A stretch of 64,000 bases of DNA from positions 11,408,001 to 11,472,000 of the forward strand of contig NC_042999.1 of assembly GCF_006345805.1 (NCBI RefSeq). The letters run 5' to 3'. The DNA comes from Octopus sinensis (lineage: Eukaryota). Below the pieces are notes generated by a model. The model had not been told where the DNA came from, made no database searches, and saw only the letters and a program-made list of their open reading frames with translations. Shown here one piece after another: positions 37,200 to 49,900 of the stretch; positions within the stretch are counted from its first letter, which is position 1, and the number at the start of each line of letters is the position of its first letter. Position numbers and translations under genes: made by a program.

Positions 37200-37910
37200 C
37201 ACTTAATAGCACCATCTGGCAAAGTCATTCAAATCAGGAATTGGAAAACATGGCCTACTCAAGTAGAGAGTTATTGTTTACGGAGACATATCCAGGTGTA
37301 GGAGGTTTATTCAGGATTTTTTGAAGGAATTTGTCCAAAGACTTCTTGAACTTTATGGGGTCTGTCTCTCCTTTAATGTATTTTGGTGTAATTTTAAAGA
37401 GAGCAGGGCTAAACGAGGTGAAATACTTGTGCTATATTGTTGATATGTGATGCGAGTATGATTTTTGTTGTGGGCAGATAGCACGGGGCCCAAGTCTTGG
37501 GTGTATCTTAAAGGTGATGCTAACATCATTTTCCACATCGTGCAGATGACATAGGGCTCATGGTGGCATTGAAGGGAATAAAGCTTGAGCTTTTCTAGTC
37601 AACGTCAAAAGTCAAGGCCTCAAGTCATGCCATCTATCTTTTTTGCAATTGTCCTTTGAGGTGCTTCAACTTTCAGGATGCTTTCTTTCTTGTGGGGGAG
37701 ACCACAGCAGACAACTATTCAAGGTGGGGTTGAGCAAAAGTGGAGAAGAGAAGGATGATGGTGCAGATGTCTCTTGACTAGAAAGTTCTGAGAACCCAGG
37801 AACACATTCTGTGAGCCATGTCAACTTTGTTGTTTATATGAACGACCCAGCTTATGTTGTTGTCTACAATTCCTCCCAATATTTCCAAAATTACAAAATA
37901 TGAATCAGGG
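37200..37910 (-). mobile_element. Decayed CR1-type LINE fragment
   Basis: KVDMAHRMCSWVLRTF...LWSP-like translation on the minus strand. Confidence 0.5.
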
Positions 37911-38570
37911 AGTATTTAACAAAAATGTATTATGATTGTCTCTCTTCCAAATTTGGCAATACAATGCCCCCTGATTCTGTTAAGTGACTCTTATACCATC
38001 CCCTTACTGCCACCCCCTTTGTAACCCATCTTCCTCTATTCTCTATTCTACTTGCATCTTTCCATCTTCTCCTCCCACCTTCCCCATACAATTGCCATTC
38101 CTTCAGTGCTCTGCTGGTAACAACCAGAAATGGCTCTCGTGAAAGTGGCATTAATTTTCTTAGGTTCTTCAATTTTCCTCGATTGATTGAGTGAACCTAT
38201 CAGTAATGAACCTGTAATGACTACTGGAAACAGCTGTAAGCCAAGTTTGTTCCAATAAAGGAATTAAATGGAATGACCATTATTTTTAACGCATCTCTTA
38301 TCTATCACTCTGAATAAAAACCAGTTTGTCTGGAGCCCATCCTTGGAGTTAAATATAGAATTGGGATGAACCTTGGACCTTACCAAAAGATTACCTGGAG
38401 TTCTTCACTAATCCAAATAATATTGTTAGCCAGGTGTGCCACCTGAGAGCTTATGAAGTATTTTGCCCGGATTGATAATCCCCCGTTAGTTGTTCTATAC
38501 ATGCATATATACAGTTTATATAAATTAAAATAAATGACAAGGGAACATGAATTATGTGGTGAACTTCATT

Positions 38571-38651
38571 AGCTTACAGCTGTTTCTGCTCTAAAAGACA
38601 GTGCACTCGGAGCTGAGTGCTTGTGCATCACCTTATAGCTTCCTCAGAGCT
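38571..38651 (-). ncRNA. Type I hammerhead fold with long stem II
   Basis: AGCU-CUGAGGA-A-GCU...GCACUC(AGCUCC)GAGUGC...AGC-A-GAAA-CAGCUG-UA-AGCU. Confidence 0.72.
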
Positions 38652-39224
38652 TCTAAAAAAAAAAACGATAATCATGAGTTCACTGCATCTTATTTTACAA
38701 ACAGCTGAATTTAAGTAATTCCTGTTTCCTTGACATATATTTAATTTCACTCTCTACATTCACCCAATCCTTTATTCTGAAGCTTATTCCTATAAGAAAT
38801 TCTAACAACAGGTTTTTAGTATCGTAATGCCACACCAAAATCTTCCCACACGCACACTATATGTATTGTGTGTGCGTGCGCACGCCCTAATTGTTGGCGT
38901 TTTTATAACGCACTTTTTTTCCAAAAAATTCGTCCAACGAAGTTGATTTTCCTATAAACTTTCACAAGCTTATAACTTTTTTTTCCCTGAATACGTGCTG
39001 TTAAAAGTGAGGAACGTCTTTTCGGCCATAAAAAAAATAAAAGATAATGCTTACAAGTGAAGGGAGCTAACTTTGCTGGCCTCAGGTCAAAGGCTTCAGT
39101 TAAACCTTGCTCGACAATCTCTTTCTCTAATGAAGAAATTAATCTCTTTCTCTAATGATAGTCGCAATGTTAATAATAAAGACAACATGGCTGGAATATT
39201 TCTTTGGGCAGCGAAAATTCAGTA

Positions 39225-40460
39225 CGAGGGTCGACAGAAAAGTTCATAGGATGACCAAGATACTCTTATGGAATGAGACCAAATGGGGTTTATTTTTCAA
39301 CATAGTCCCCCTTGCGGTTCACACACTTCTTTGCATCTGTGTTGCAGTGATTGCATCGCATTAGTGAACCAGCTTTCGTCCTGTCGGTTAAAAAGTCATC
39401 AACAGCAGATATGGCGTCGTCAGCACAGCGATAGTGATTCCCAGCCAAGTGATTGTTCATGTTGGTGAAGAGATGGTAGCCAGATGGGGCCAAATCAGGA
39501 GAATAAGGAGGCTGATCAACCAGTTCAAAGCTACTGTCACGCACAGAAGTCATTGAAACCACTGAGCTGGAGCAGTGACCTTATGAAACAAAACCCTTTC
39601 GGCAGTTTTCCGCAGCATTTGGTCTGGATAGCAATTCGTAACTGCCTCAACAAAACTGGAATACTACTGTCCATTAGTGGTGAGGCCCTTTTAAAGATAG
39701 TCAATAAACACAATTGCCTTCTGCATACCAAAACATTAAAGCCATCACCTTCTGCGCAGGTGAAGAGCGGTGTTTCCACGGCATAGATTGTTTCTTTGTC
39801 TCTGGCTCAAAGAGATTATCCCAACACTAATCCTGTGTTAGGAAATATTAAAGGAAACCAGCTGGATCTGCTTCAAACAATGTCAGATTTCGTCGTGATG
39901 TGGTCAGCCTGGGTTCGCTTTTGATCAGGTGCCAGAAGACGTGGCACCCACCGAGTAGAAACCTTGGTCATGCCAACTCCATTTTGCAGAATATTCTCAA
40001 ATCTCTCACCGGAAATGCTAATAGCATTGGCTATTTGATTTAGAGCCAATCGCCTGTCATCCATCACCATGGGGTTTACACAATCAATGTTTTCCTCGGT
40101 GGTGGTAGTTGCAGGACGTCCAGACCTTGGGTCATCTTCAAGAATCTCCCTTCCCCTCTTCGATTCAGCTGACCCTTTTTGCACTTTTGATAAAGCTGGA
40201 ACATCATCTCCTAATGTAGCAATCATGTCTGCATCACTGTCCTTGGGTGGTGGGGAGGCTAAACCCTTTTTCTGCAGGTACTTGATAACACCGAAGAGAA
40301 GACGCTATTAGTTACTATGGAAGCCCTCTTTGAACAGTCAGGTGTCAGTCTACCTGGAAAGAAACAATAGTGTCGTTGATAAGAATTAATGCCTACAAAA
40401 TTCCACAACTCTGCCATCACTCCCTCATCGTCAACCGAGGAACTTTTCGACCCACCCACG
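39225..40460 (-). mobile_element. Mariner transposon relic (about 1.24 kb)
   Basis: WVPRLL and PPYSPDLAPS motifs in broken frames; left end TA|CGAGGG...gaaaagttc with a degenerate inverted counterpart gaacttttc...cccacg. Confidence 0.9.
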
Positions 40461-40774
40461 GGCATCTGGTCGGCTAACGGCGCAAGGGAGATAATCAGGC
40501 TACGGGAGGCAACACGTTATAACGTTTTAGTTTTTACCATCAACTTAAAAGAAAATAATAATTATCTATTTATTATGATAACAAAATGAAAGATCTCATC
40601 AGTAAGTCTCACACAACCAACAATTTGGTCAAATTATGAATTCCTTTTGTACGTATTCATCCAACTTGAAAAATACATATTTACTGAAAATCATATTTAT
40701 TTTCTGGCTGCTGCAATTTTTTTTTTACCTATATAGACACACGGGGACACACACATGGGCTCATGAATACATAA

Positions 40775-40809
<35 letters not shown>

Positions 40810-41009
40810 ATATGTATATATGTATGTACACATACGTATGTTTTATTTGTCATCCTTTAAATATCAAGAAGGCTTTGCAGATATTTGTAGACACAGATAT
40901 CGTGATTATTTGTAGTGTACATGCAAGTATGTATGTGTGTATGCATGTATGTATGTATGTATGTATGTACTCACACACATACATAATCACCCACACCATA
41001 AGCAGTTGT

Positions 41010-42130
41010 CCATAAATGTCATTACAATATTATCTACTGATGAGACATGATGTTGTAGGTAGGACACTCTATAATGAAATCCGTCGGAAGGATAATCCTA
41101 AGGACAAAGAAATAAGAACCCAGAATATGGTAGAAGACATAGCCACTCATAAGAAAAAAGTATACTGGTGGAATGTACCAGTGAAAACCTCAATAAAATG
41201 TAAGCACAACAGACCTGATATTAGGATTTGGGATAGAGAAGAGAAACTGTGTACAGTTGTGGAAATTAGCAGCCCAGCGGATGTTAACATGAAGATGAAG
41301 ATCAATGAAAAAGAGAACACCTATGCTGAACTATTGAGAAATCTGCGGTTACTCAATCCAGATTACAAGTTCAGGTTTATACCTGTAATTATTGGGGCCA
41401 TGGGATATGTAACACACTGCCTAAATACCAATCTTGAGAAATTAGGCTTCTCAAAACCAGAAAGGAGAAAGCTAATTTGAAGACTACAAATCCAATCTAT
41501 CACTGGAACTGTAAAAGTCTGTAAAACTTTCCAGAAATTTATCAATTAAATACGTATGAGCATGTTCTGATATGTAACTACATGCACGAGAATACATATA
41601 TAAAACATGCAAACCTGCACATACATACATACAAAAATACCCTGTTGTTGATGTTGAAATTCCAATGAAGGCAACTTAGATCTCGACTAGAAACAGGCGC
41701 TTTCTCTATTGGCAAGAAATCTTGAAATAAATTGAATAATGACATACATACACACACCCTGATACAGTACCAGGCAGTGGCTCTCATGGCGTCTGATCTT
41801 AAATGATTGGAAGTGTTATCATGTACATTGTTTTGTCTTGGTATATAAGACAGGCTACAGCAAATATTCTGCTCAATACCACAGATTTGCTTGTCAGTTG
41901 CTTGACCATAACTACTTGAGCATGTATGTCCCTTAGTGGCTGACGATATGTGCATCTCTGATCATGAGCAGAAATATTGGGGGAGCATCATAGCCATGTG
42001 TTAAGAAGGATTTTTTGAGGTTCGATTAATTCACCCCTGGAAACATGACATGGGAGTTTCATTTATCATCCTTAAATAATTCTTATTCAGGGACCTTTTG
42101 AGTGGAATTGGCTACTCAACATGAAGAAAA
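41010..42130 (+). mobile_element. 3' end of an R4/Dong-like (restriction-like endonuclease) non-LTR element plus probable 3' UTR
   Basis: RHD...NRPDI...VVEIS...KENTY...IPVIIGAMG RLE motifs in ORF 41016-41480; 3' limit approximate. Confidence 0.8.
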
Positions 42131-42169
42131 TTCTAACTGGACCTCTTCTAACAATTGATGGAGTCCATC

Positions 42170-42690
42170 ATCCATGTGCAGACACGGATTTCCAATACAC
42201 GAAGAGAGCAAATGGAGGAAGGTGGGGGGACTGAAAAGTGTGGAAGACTGCATACGTATGAAACTCAGGAGCTTACTGAGATACCAATTCCAAAGTAAGG
42301 AAACCTTGCTAATGTCAGTTAGGAATGAGAAAGTATGGAAAGCAGAGGGAAAGGGGAAAACAAGGCAAGAAGTATAAAAAGGATCTGGAGAAGCATCATG
42401 GAACAAGGGACACACAATCAATTCCATGTGGCCCCAATAGAAGTTGCTGGAAAACAGAGGTGGGATTGGCTGAAGAAAAGAAAAACTAAAAAAAGAGACT
42501 GAGAACACCATACTGGCAGTTTAAGGCTAAACTTTGGCCAGGAATTGGAGGGTCAACGTTATGGATGAGCAACTGTGCTGCATCTGGGATGAAACCCTTG
42601 TCCATAGTGTTAACGAGGGTCTTAGACTTGCCCCAAACCATTCCAAGTTGTGACAATATGATGAGGCAGTGAAAGGGTTGTATGGATGTC
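42170..42690 (+). mobile_element. Decayed R4/Dong-like LINE fragment (post-RT region)
   Basis: GGLKSVEDC and LKKETENTILA segments typical of R4-clade C-terminal region; many stops. Confidence 0.55.
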
Positions 42691-43057
42691 TTTATTCAAT
42701 TTATTTGAAGATTTCTTGCCAATAGAGACAGAAATAAAGCAAATGTATATTGATTTCAAATCCTGGCACAAGGCCAACACTTTCGGGGGAGGAGGCCCCA
42801 CGATTACATCAACCCCTGAGTTCACTGGTACTTATTTCATCTACCCCAAAAGAATGAAAGACAAGGTTGACCTTAGCAGAATTTGAACTCAGAATGTAAA
42901 GACGCATGAGATGCTTTTAAGCCTTTCGTCCAATAAGCTGAAGGTTCTGCCATCTCATGGCCCTTCTGAACCCTTTCTAGATGGAGACCTGACAGGAGAT
43001 TATCTGTATCACTATGCCTAAACAAAATCACAATATTACACTCGCACACACATAGAA

Positions 43058-43436
43058 GCATGGCTGGCTAGTAAGGAGCTTGCTTCACAACCTCATGGTT
43101 CCAGGTTCAGTCTCATTGCGTGGCACCATGGGCAAGTGTCTTCTACTTATAGTCTCAGGCAGACCAAAGATTGTGAGTAGATTTGGTAGATGGAAACTGA
43201 AAGAAACCCGTTGTATACATATATATATGTATATATTTATTTGTGTCTGTGTTCGTCCCCCACTATTCTTTGGCAACCTATGTTGGTGTGCTTAGGTCCC
43301 CATAACTTAGTAGTTCAGCAAAAGAGACCGATAGAATAAGTACTAGGCTTACAAAGAATAAGTCCAGAAGTTAATTTCTTTGATGAAAGGTGGTACTCCA
43401 GCATGACCAGTCAAATGACTGAAACAAGTAAAAGAA
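43058..43436 (+). mobile_element. Same CORE-like SINE
   Basis: Colinear with 5647-6035. Confidence 0.8.
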
Positions 43437-43467
43437 TATATATATATCGATTCTATTCTAGCAAAAA

Positions 43468-43505
43468 CTGTCCGATGAACGGCAACGTGAAACTCAGAGT
43501 AACAG
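43468..43505 (+). ncRNA. Type I hammerhead-like fold, U4C core variant
   Basis: CUGU-CCGAUGA-ACG(GCAA)CGU-GAAA-CUCAGAG-UA-ACAG. Confidence 0.65.
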
Positions 43506-43743
43506 GTTTTGTTGAATTTTCTGCTGCTTTAAATAAAGCATATTACTCTACCACTGGTATTTGAGTACTCTTTTTTCCACCTTGTTTCACATTTATGTGT
43601 TTACTCCGGTATATATATATATATATATATATCAACAATTGAGGGTAAAATTAATTAATTAATCAATTTCACCAAGTGTTCACCAAGTTCGCTGATAGGT
43701 AAAGTTCCTTCTTTTTAGTGTTTCCAAATCCAAATTAAGAAAT

Positions 43744-43806
43744 TTTGAGCTGACGAAAGAAATGCTGATTTTATTTGGCTAATCTTGAAACGTTGACGTA
43801 CTCAAA
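43744..43806 (+). ncRNA. Type I hammerhead ribozyme fold (intact core)
   Basis: UUUGAG-CUGACGA-AAGA..UCUU-GAAA-CGUUGACG-UA-CUCAAA: 6-bp stem I, stem II, stem III A-CGU/ACG-U, GUA cleavage triplet. Confidence 0.8.
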
Positions 43807-43987
43807 CGATCTATGTACTTGTGATATTTTTCTGTATTTACCCCCAAACCTTCGTGATCTGTCTGTAGTAAGCATTATCTGAGAGAAATTTTCTTTAAGT
43901 AGTAGAGATGCTAAGAAAAAATTTTCTGGCTGCTATTTCTACTAAGTTCAGTATGTGGCAAAGTAATTTATTTTACTAAGCCCTAAT

Positions 43988-44049
<62 letters not shown>

Positions 44050-44106
44050 GAGAATGAGATCAAAATCCAAGGCTGTGAAAGATTTCAGAACATTTATAAA
44101 GAGAAG

Positions 44107-44154
44107 GTCTTACAGCTGTTTTCAGGATATTTTATATACCCCTTCATCAGAGAC
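44107..44154 (-). ncRNA. Type I hammerhead fold with palindromic stem III
   Basis: GUCU-CUGAUGA-A-GGGGUAU(AUAAA)AUAUCCU-GAAAA-CAGCUG-UA-AGAC; one extra A in the GAAA run. Confidence 0.72.
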
Positions 44155-44574
44155 GATGTGAGAAAATGGTTAAGCAATAGTTATTCTAGAGAAGATATGA
44201 AATAGAGAGTGAAGTGGAGGAATGAAAATAGATGTGAGATATGCAGGGATATTGTATCTGCAGTTCCATTATTTAGGCAGAATGGTATACATATAAGTTT
44301 CCTATACCTTGTGAGTAAGTTCCAATAGTATTTAAAATTAGTCATTCCAAGCATAGAGTTTGTAAGTGGTGTTATTGAATCTAGGGTTTATTTGAAGTGA
44401 TTTAAAAGTTGGGAATGTATTTGTAAGGTCAATCAAAAACAGGAAGACAGGAAAAAAAAAGCAAAGCGGGGAGAGAGAAAAAAAAAAAAATGAAGAGAGG
44501 GAAAGTGTGCTGGCTAGTGGTCAGTCAGGATAAATTGATATATATATACATGTAGATAGATATAGATATATATG

Positions 44575-45105
44575 ACCTTCGAACGTTAGGCCTCACAGAG
44601 GCAATGACGAAAGACCGAGACCTCTGGAGGTATGCTGTGACTACGAAGACCCGACAAATAAAGTGAGTTCACGGTTGTATTCTACACCAGTTTTGCATAA
44701 TAAGCCCCGGCCCATTGAAAAGTACCTTGGATCATAGGACGACCTGCTGTGCTTACCTTGGATTGTAAGGTGCCCTGCTGTGCTTGAGGAGACCTATTGA
44801 GTCAAGTACATCAACATCAAAATAAAAATCAAATGGAAATTGTAGTTGTGATACCCATGCCTGTGGCACATAAAAAGTACCATCTGAACATGGCCAGTGC
44901 CACCTTGACTGGCTTCAGTGCCGGTGGCACGTAAAAAGTACCCACTACATTCTTGGAGTGGTTGGTGTTAGGAAGGGCATCCAGCTGTAGAAACTCTGCC
45001 AGATCAGACTGGAGCTTGGTGCAGCCTCCTAGCTTCCCAGACCCTGGTCGAACCGTCCAACCCGTACTAGCATGGAAAACGGATGTTAAACGATGATGAT
45101 GATGA
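44575..45105 (+). mobile_element. RTE 3' fragment (ORF end + 3' region + (GAT)n)
   Basis: DLRTLGLTEAMTKDRDLWRYAV matches the end of ORF 57494-57769. Confidence 0.85.
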
Positions 45106-46110
45106 TATGACAGGCTTTCATACAATTTCCACGTATCAGTTTCACTCCTAAGCAATTCTTCCACCAAAATTCACAACAGAAGATTCTTGTTCAAAGTGCA
45201 ATGCAGTGAGATGGAACTTAGATCCCTACGATTATGAAATAAACTGCCTTACCACAAAGCTATGCCTCCAACTTTGTGTATGTGAAATACCAGACATAAA
45301 ACATAGAACCCTTTCTATTATAGGCTCAAAGCCTGGAATTCTGGGGAGAGGCACAAACTTGGTTCCACACATTTGGGTGCCAGTTTAGTTTTGTTATAAA
45401 ACGTAGCTGAAGTGACTTCTTCATCATCATCATCATCCTCATCATCATCATCATTTAATGTGTTATTCCATGCTGCCATGGACTGAATGACTTGACATGG
45501 TTTCATTGTCTATATTGGCATGGTTTCTACGGCTAGAAGCCCTTCCTAATGCCAACCCCTCCAGAGTGTTCTGGGTGCTGTTTATGTGGCACCATCACCA
45601 ATTCTTCTGACATGGCACCAGCACCCACCCCAATGTTATTCACATGGCACCTTGGTTTTAGGATCTCCATTCTGTTGTGGTGGGCAGGTCTTCTCAAATA
45701 TAGCAAAGCACCACGTATCTCCGTCCTCCTCTCTCATCTCCTTTACTTTGTCCTATGTCGTCTTCCTTGGTCTCCCCCTCCAACAACTTCCCTCCTCTTT
45801 AAATGGTCAACGCTTCTTTATGCGACCGTCCTCGTCCCATCTGCATGCAACTGCCCTCTCTCCTTTTTATGCATACATCTTTTTTGGTATGTGTGTGTGT
45901 GTGTGTGTGAAAGAGAGAGAGAGAGAATGAGTGAAGGTGTGTGTTGTGTATGTATGTGTAAATGGCACTCACTCTCTCTCACACTCACACGCATTATTTT
46001 TCATATACACATACATACATCTTTTTTTGTATGCATGTATGTGTGCGTGTGCATGAAAGAGAGTGTCCCTTACACATACAGGCAAAAAGATACACGACAA
46101 CACACCTTCA

Positions 46111-46149
<39 letters not shown>

Positions 46150-46659
46150 CCACACACGTCCATCTTTCACTTCAAAGCAAATATCACCTTCCAAAGAGGA
46201 GTATAGAAATAAGATAAATTTTACGGAAATTCACGAACGATCATATGATCCCATCTGATCGGATTTGACAAGTAGGCTGTTTTGAACGGAACAATACCAA
46301 TACCCCCCCCCCTCTGATGTAGTTGCCTGTCTGTGAATGTCTTTATTAAGCTTGAGCTATTTACATTCTTGTGTTTGTTAGATAATCGTGTGTGTAATAG
46401 GAGACTGTTCCCTATGAAATTGATATCTTAAAATGAGCAAAAGAAAAATAAGCTAAATCTAAGACAGTTCAAGTTAAATAACTTTCTCATAACTTTATTA
46501 ATCTCATTTGCGACTTTTCTGAAGCAAAACATTATTTCCCTGGAGAAAAGTAACGAAAACCTATCAATGAAAATATGACTCGATTTCTTCTTGTTTTATA
46601 TAATATGCTAAAACCCTTAAACACAAAATTTATTCCATTTTATTTATCTTTCTGTCTTG

Positions 46660-46920
46660 GTACATAAAATGTCGTCTGCCAATGGAAGGAGAAGTCACTT
46701 CCTGCCTAACTTGACCTTTGTTTAAAAAAAAAATATACGTTCCTGAAAGAATATAAAAGAGTGTCTAAAATTATAACGAAGACTATTTTAATATATAAAG
46801 ATATTTTTAAAGTAGAGAGAAGTTTGTTAAAAGATTTGTAATTATTTTCCCCTTGATGCGAATAAATAACCTATGAGGAGAGGTTTGTGTCGGAGTGACG
46901 GACTATGCCAAGATGGCGGG
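46660..46920 (+). promoter_or_regulatory. Probable MKLN1 promoter/5' region
   Basis: CpG-retaining unique DNA, CCAAT and ETS-like CACTTCCTG near 46680-46705, YY1-like AAGATGGCGG overlapping the start codon. Confidence 0.4.
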
Positions 46921-46986
46921 TGAAAGCCACGTTTTGAAATACACTGTATATCGATGGTCGAGTTACTCCTCAAACTACGTCCCCGA
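46913..46986 (+). CDS. MKLN1: Muskelin exon 1 (MAGESHVLKYTVYRWSSYSSNYVP)
   Basis: caagATGGCG start context; matches WSSFSSTYLPE; GA|GTGAGT donor. Confidence 0.93.
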
Positions 46987-49900
46987 GTGAGTAGAAGGAA
47001 TTTCTTAATCATACAGCAGGCTTTAAATATATTTCTATGCCATTCGCATCTTCATCCATCTTCGTTCTTTGTTGCTAGAAGCCGTAAAGCGTAGCCATGT
47101 CCTACCACCAAACACTTATTCCCAACTCTTTTCTCTCTCCTCAGCCGCAATTCCACCCAAAATAATCGCGCTAAATTAATTAAAGTTTATTAATTAGCAA
47201 CTTTCCACACTTTACATTAATCCTAATAATTTCCAAATACTTTTAGTGAACTTGCCTTTGCTAAGCTTCCAATGTCCTTCGTTCAAGAATCTTCTTCTTC
47301 TTGTTCCATGCGTCGTCGTCGTTCACCAAAATTCTTCTCTGTTTATTTACCTTGCAAGATTTTTGAAAAACTCTCAACCGATTCTCTCCATTCTCTCACT
47401 TTTCCTTACCGTTTCTTTCTTTTTTTTTCCCCTCTCTCTCTCTCATAAATAAAATTCTTTCCTTAGATCTGCTTTAATCCGGGATTAATTAATCTTTAAT
47501 CCTCTTTTTCCTTATTTTACTGGAATAACATTTAAAGAAATCCTCTCCAATATTCTCTGAATTCCTCATCCTTACATGGTCTTCCCGCATATTTACAACT
47601 AAACCATCTCAAAACATTATTCCTTTTATTATTTGTTTTTAATGTTTTACTATATTTTACCTTTTCACAATTCCTTAACGTTGTGTAATATATATATATG
47701 TATGTATATATATATATATATGTGTGTGTGTGTATATATGAAAACTTAAACGCTACAATTTAAAGTAATCGGACGTCTTCAACTCCTTTTCACCAACTTC
47801 GCTAAATTCTTGTAGAATTTCTTTGAAGATTCGCTTTTTTCGTAAAGAATTTTCCAAATTCGATTGAATCTAATTCTAAGCTTTTAAACCTGATATTTTC
47901 TTACGGTTTATTATCAACAAACTAACATTTACCAAACTCTGTCTCGTTTGATCGGTTCATGTTTTCGGGGGTATAAGTTTCTCTGTAAATAATACTTGAT
48001 GTATAAATAACAATTATGGGTGGAATTCCAACACAACAACAACAATAATAACGATTTCATTTATTTGCCACAAGGGCGAAGGATGAGGGGTGGTGGTTTC
48101 AGATTTTGGCGCAAAGCCAGCAAGTTTAAGGAAAGGGTGTTAATCGACCAAAGTACTTAAATGGTTCTCTATTTTATCGGACCCCCCCCCACTGCCGAGG
48201 GTTGAAAGGCAAAATGTTGACCCCCCCCCCACCGACCTCGGCGGGTCTGAAATCAGAAGAAATGCCGCTAAATATTTTGTCCGACGCGTTCCCGATTCTA
48301 CAAAATAATAAGAATAATTGATTTTCTAAGTTTGTTTTACTCGTAATTTGTTTGTTTTAATCTAATTCTTTTTGCATTTAAAAAAAACTGAAGATTAGCC
48401 AGGAAGAATAAAAGTTTCTTGGCGTATTTGAATAGGATTTCAAGGCCTGCATCACGGCAGGGGATGTCGCTTAACTCTTTCAACGAACGCCAGTTTTCGT
48501 TTACCTGTCACTGACCCTTGTAACACAAAACTGGTTTTGTAATTACCGCTTCGATAGATATTGCTTATATAATCTCATGCGTCATTTTTATCAGAATTGA
48601 AAGTTCAACACACCTTTCACTCATTTCGGTCATCAGACTGTGGCCATGCTGGGGCTCCGCCTTGAAGGATTTTAGTCGAACATATCGACTCCGTTTTTAT
48701 TTTAGAGCCTGGTACTTTCTCTTTTGCCGAACCTCTAAGTTACGGGAACATAAACAAACCAACACCAGCGGTGTAGTGGACATATATACGCGACAGGCTT
48801 CTTTCAGTTTCTGCTTACGAAATCCATTCACAAGGCTTTGGTTGGTCCGAGACTATAGTAGAAGACACAGCTGAAGCCGGAACCATGTGGTTGGGAAGCA
48901 AGCTTCTTACCATGACCACACCTGGAAAATTGACGTTAAACGGTGGTGATGATGATTTTTATATATCATCATCATCATCATTTAACGTCCGTTGTCCATG
49001 CTGGCATGGGTTGGACGGTTTGACTGGGCTGGCACACTGGAAGGCTGCGCCGTACAGTATTATATATCCATTATAACCGATCTTACCATTTGGTTCTGCA
49101 CTAGGGGTTCAAGTGGAGTGTTAGCTAACAGTTTGATTATGTAACCCAGCACTCATCAGAGGTAGCCATTATAGAATTGCCTTTTTCTTCTAATTTCATC
49201 ACAGAAAGATAATTTTACAATTGCCAAGCTGTACATCTACTGAAAAAGATGACTGAAAATATTTTCAATGTGACTTTGCTGTAAAAATGATTTTAATGGT
49301 TGTTTTTGGTACAATTTTGAGGTTTTGTATGAGATCTATGAGAAGTGGGTTTTCACATTAAATCTGAACTCTGCACTTGTCTGAGACACCCAGGGGTATA
49401 ATGAGGACTTAATATTTTCTTTCAGAAGTTCTGTTTGTGTACCTTTGTCTAGACAACACATGATGGTTGTGAATGAGCATTTTCATCAAACAAGCAAGAT
49501 TATTCATTTCCAGTCTTCAGTGAAAAACATCTGACTATGCGGAAACAGGTGGGGGTTGGTGAAGGCCATCCAGCCATGGAGAATCTGCCTCGAAAACTTC
49601 CATTCTGACCCCATGCCCATAGGAAATGGTGATTATGTTCATGCCTGCGTCTTGAGATTGTGCAATGGTTGTGAGCATCAGCATCATGCAAGCAGTAACA
49701 TTGTTTGCAGCCAAGAAGCATTCTCTTGCTTGGCAACAGGAAGGGCAGGCATCTGGCTGGAGAGAATCTGCCTCAAAAACTCTGACCCGTGCAAGTATAG
49801 AAAAAAATAGACATTAACATGATGATGATGATGATGATGGTGTGATTAAGTGTAGTAAAGACGAAAACAGATGTTAGTGGCATTTCGATTCACCCAGTAA

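Noticed and set aside
32250-46912. Shared bidirectional promoter for CPT2 and MKLN1
   Set aside because: The start codons are about 14.7 kb apart with many transposon relics between, and each gene has its own CpG-retaining zone.
49095-49170. Minus-strand CUGAUGA-GUG hammerhead candidate
   Set aside because: No intact GAAA or stem I partner.
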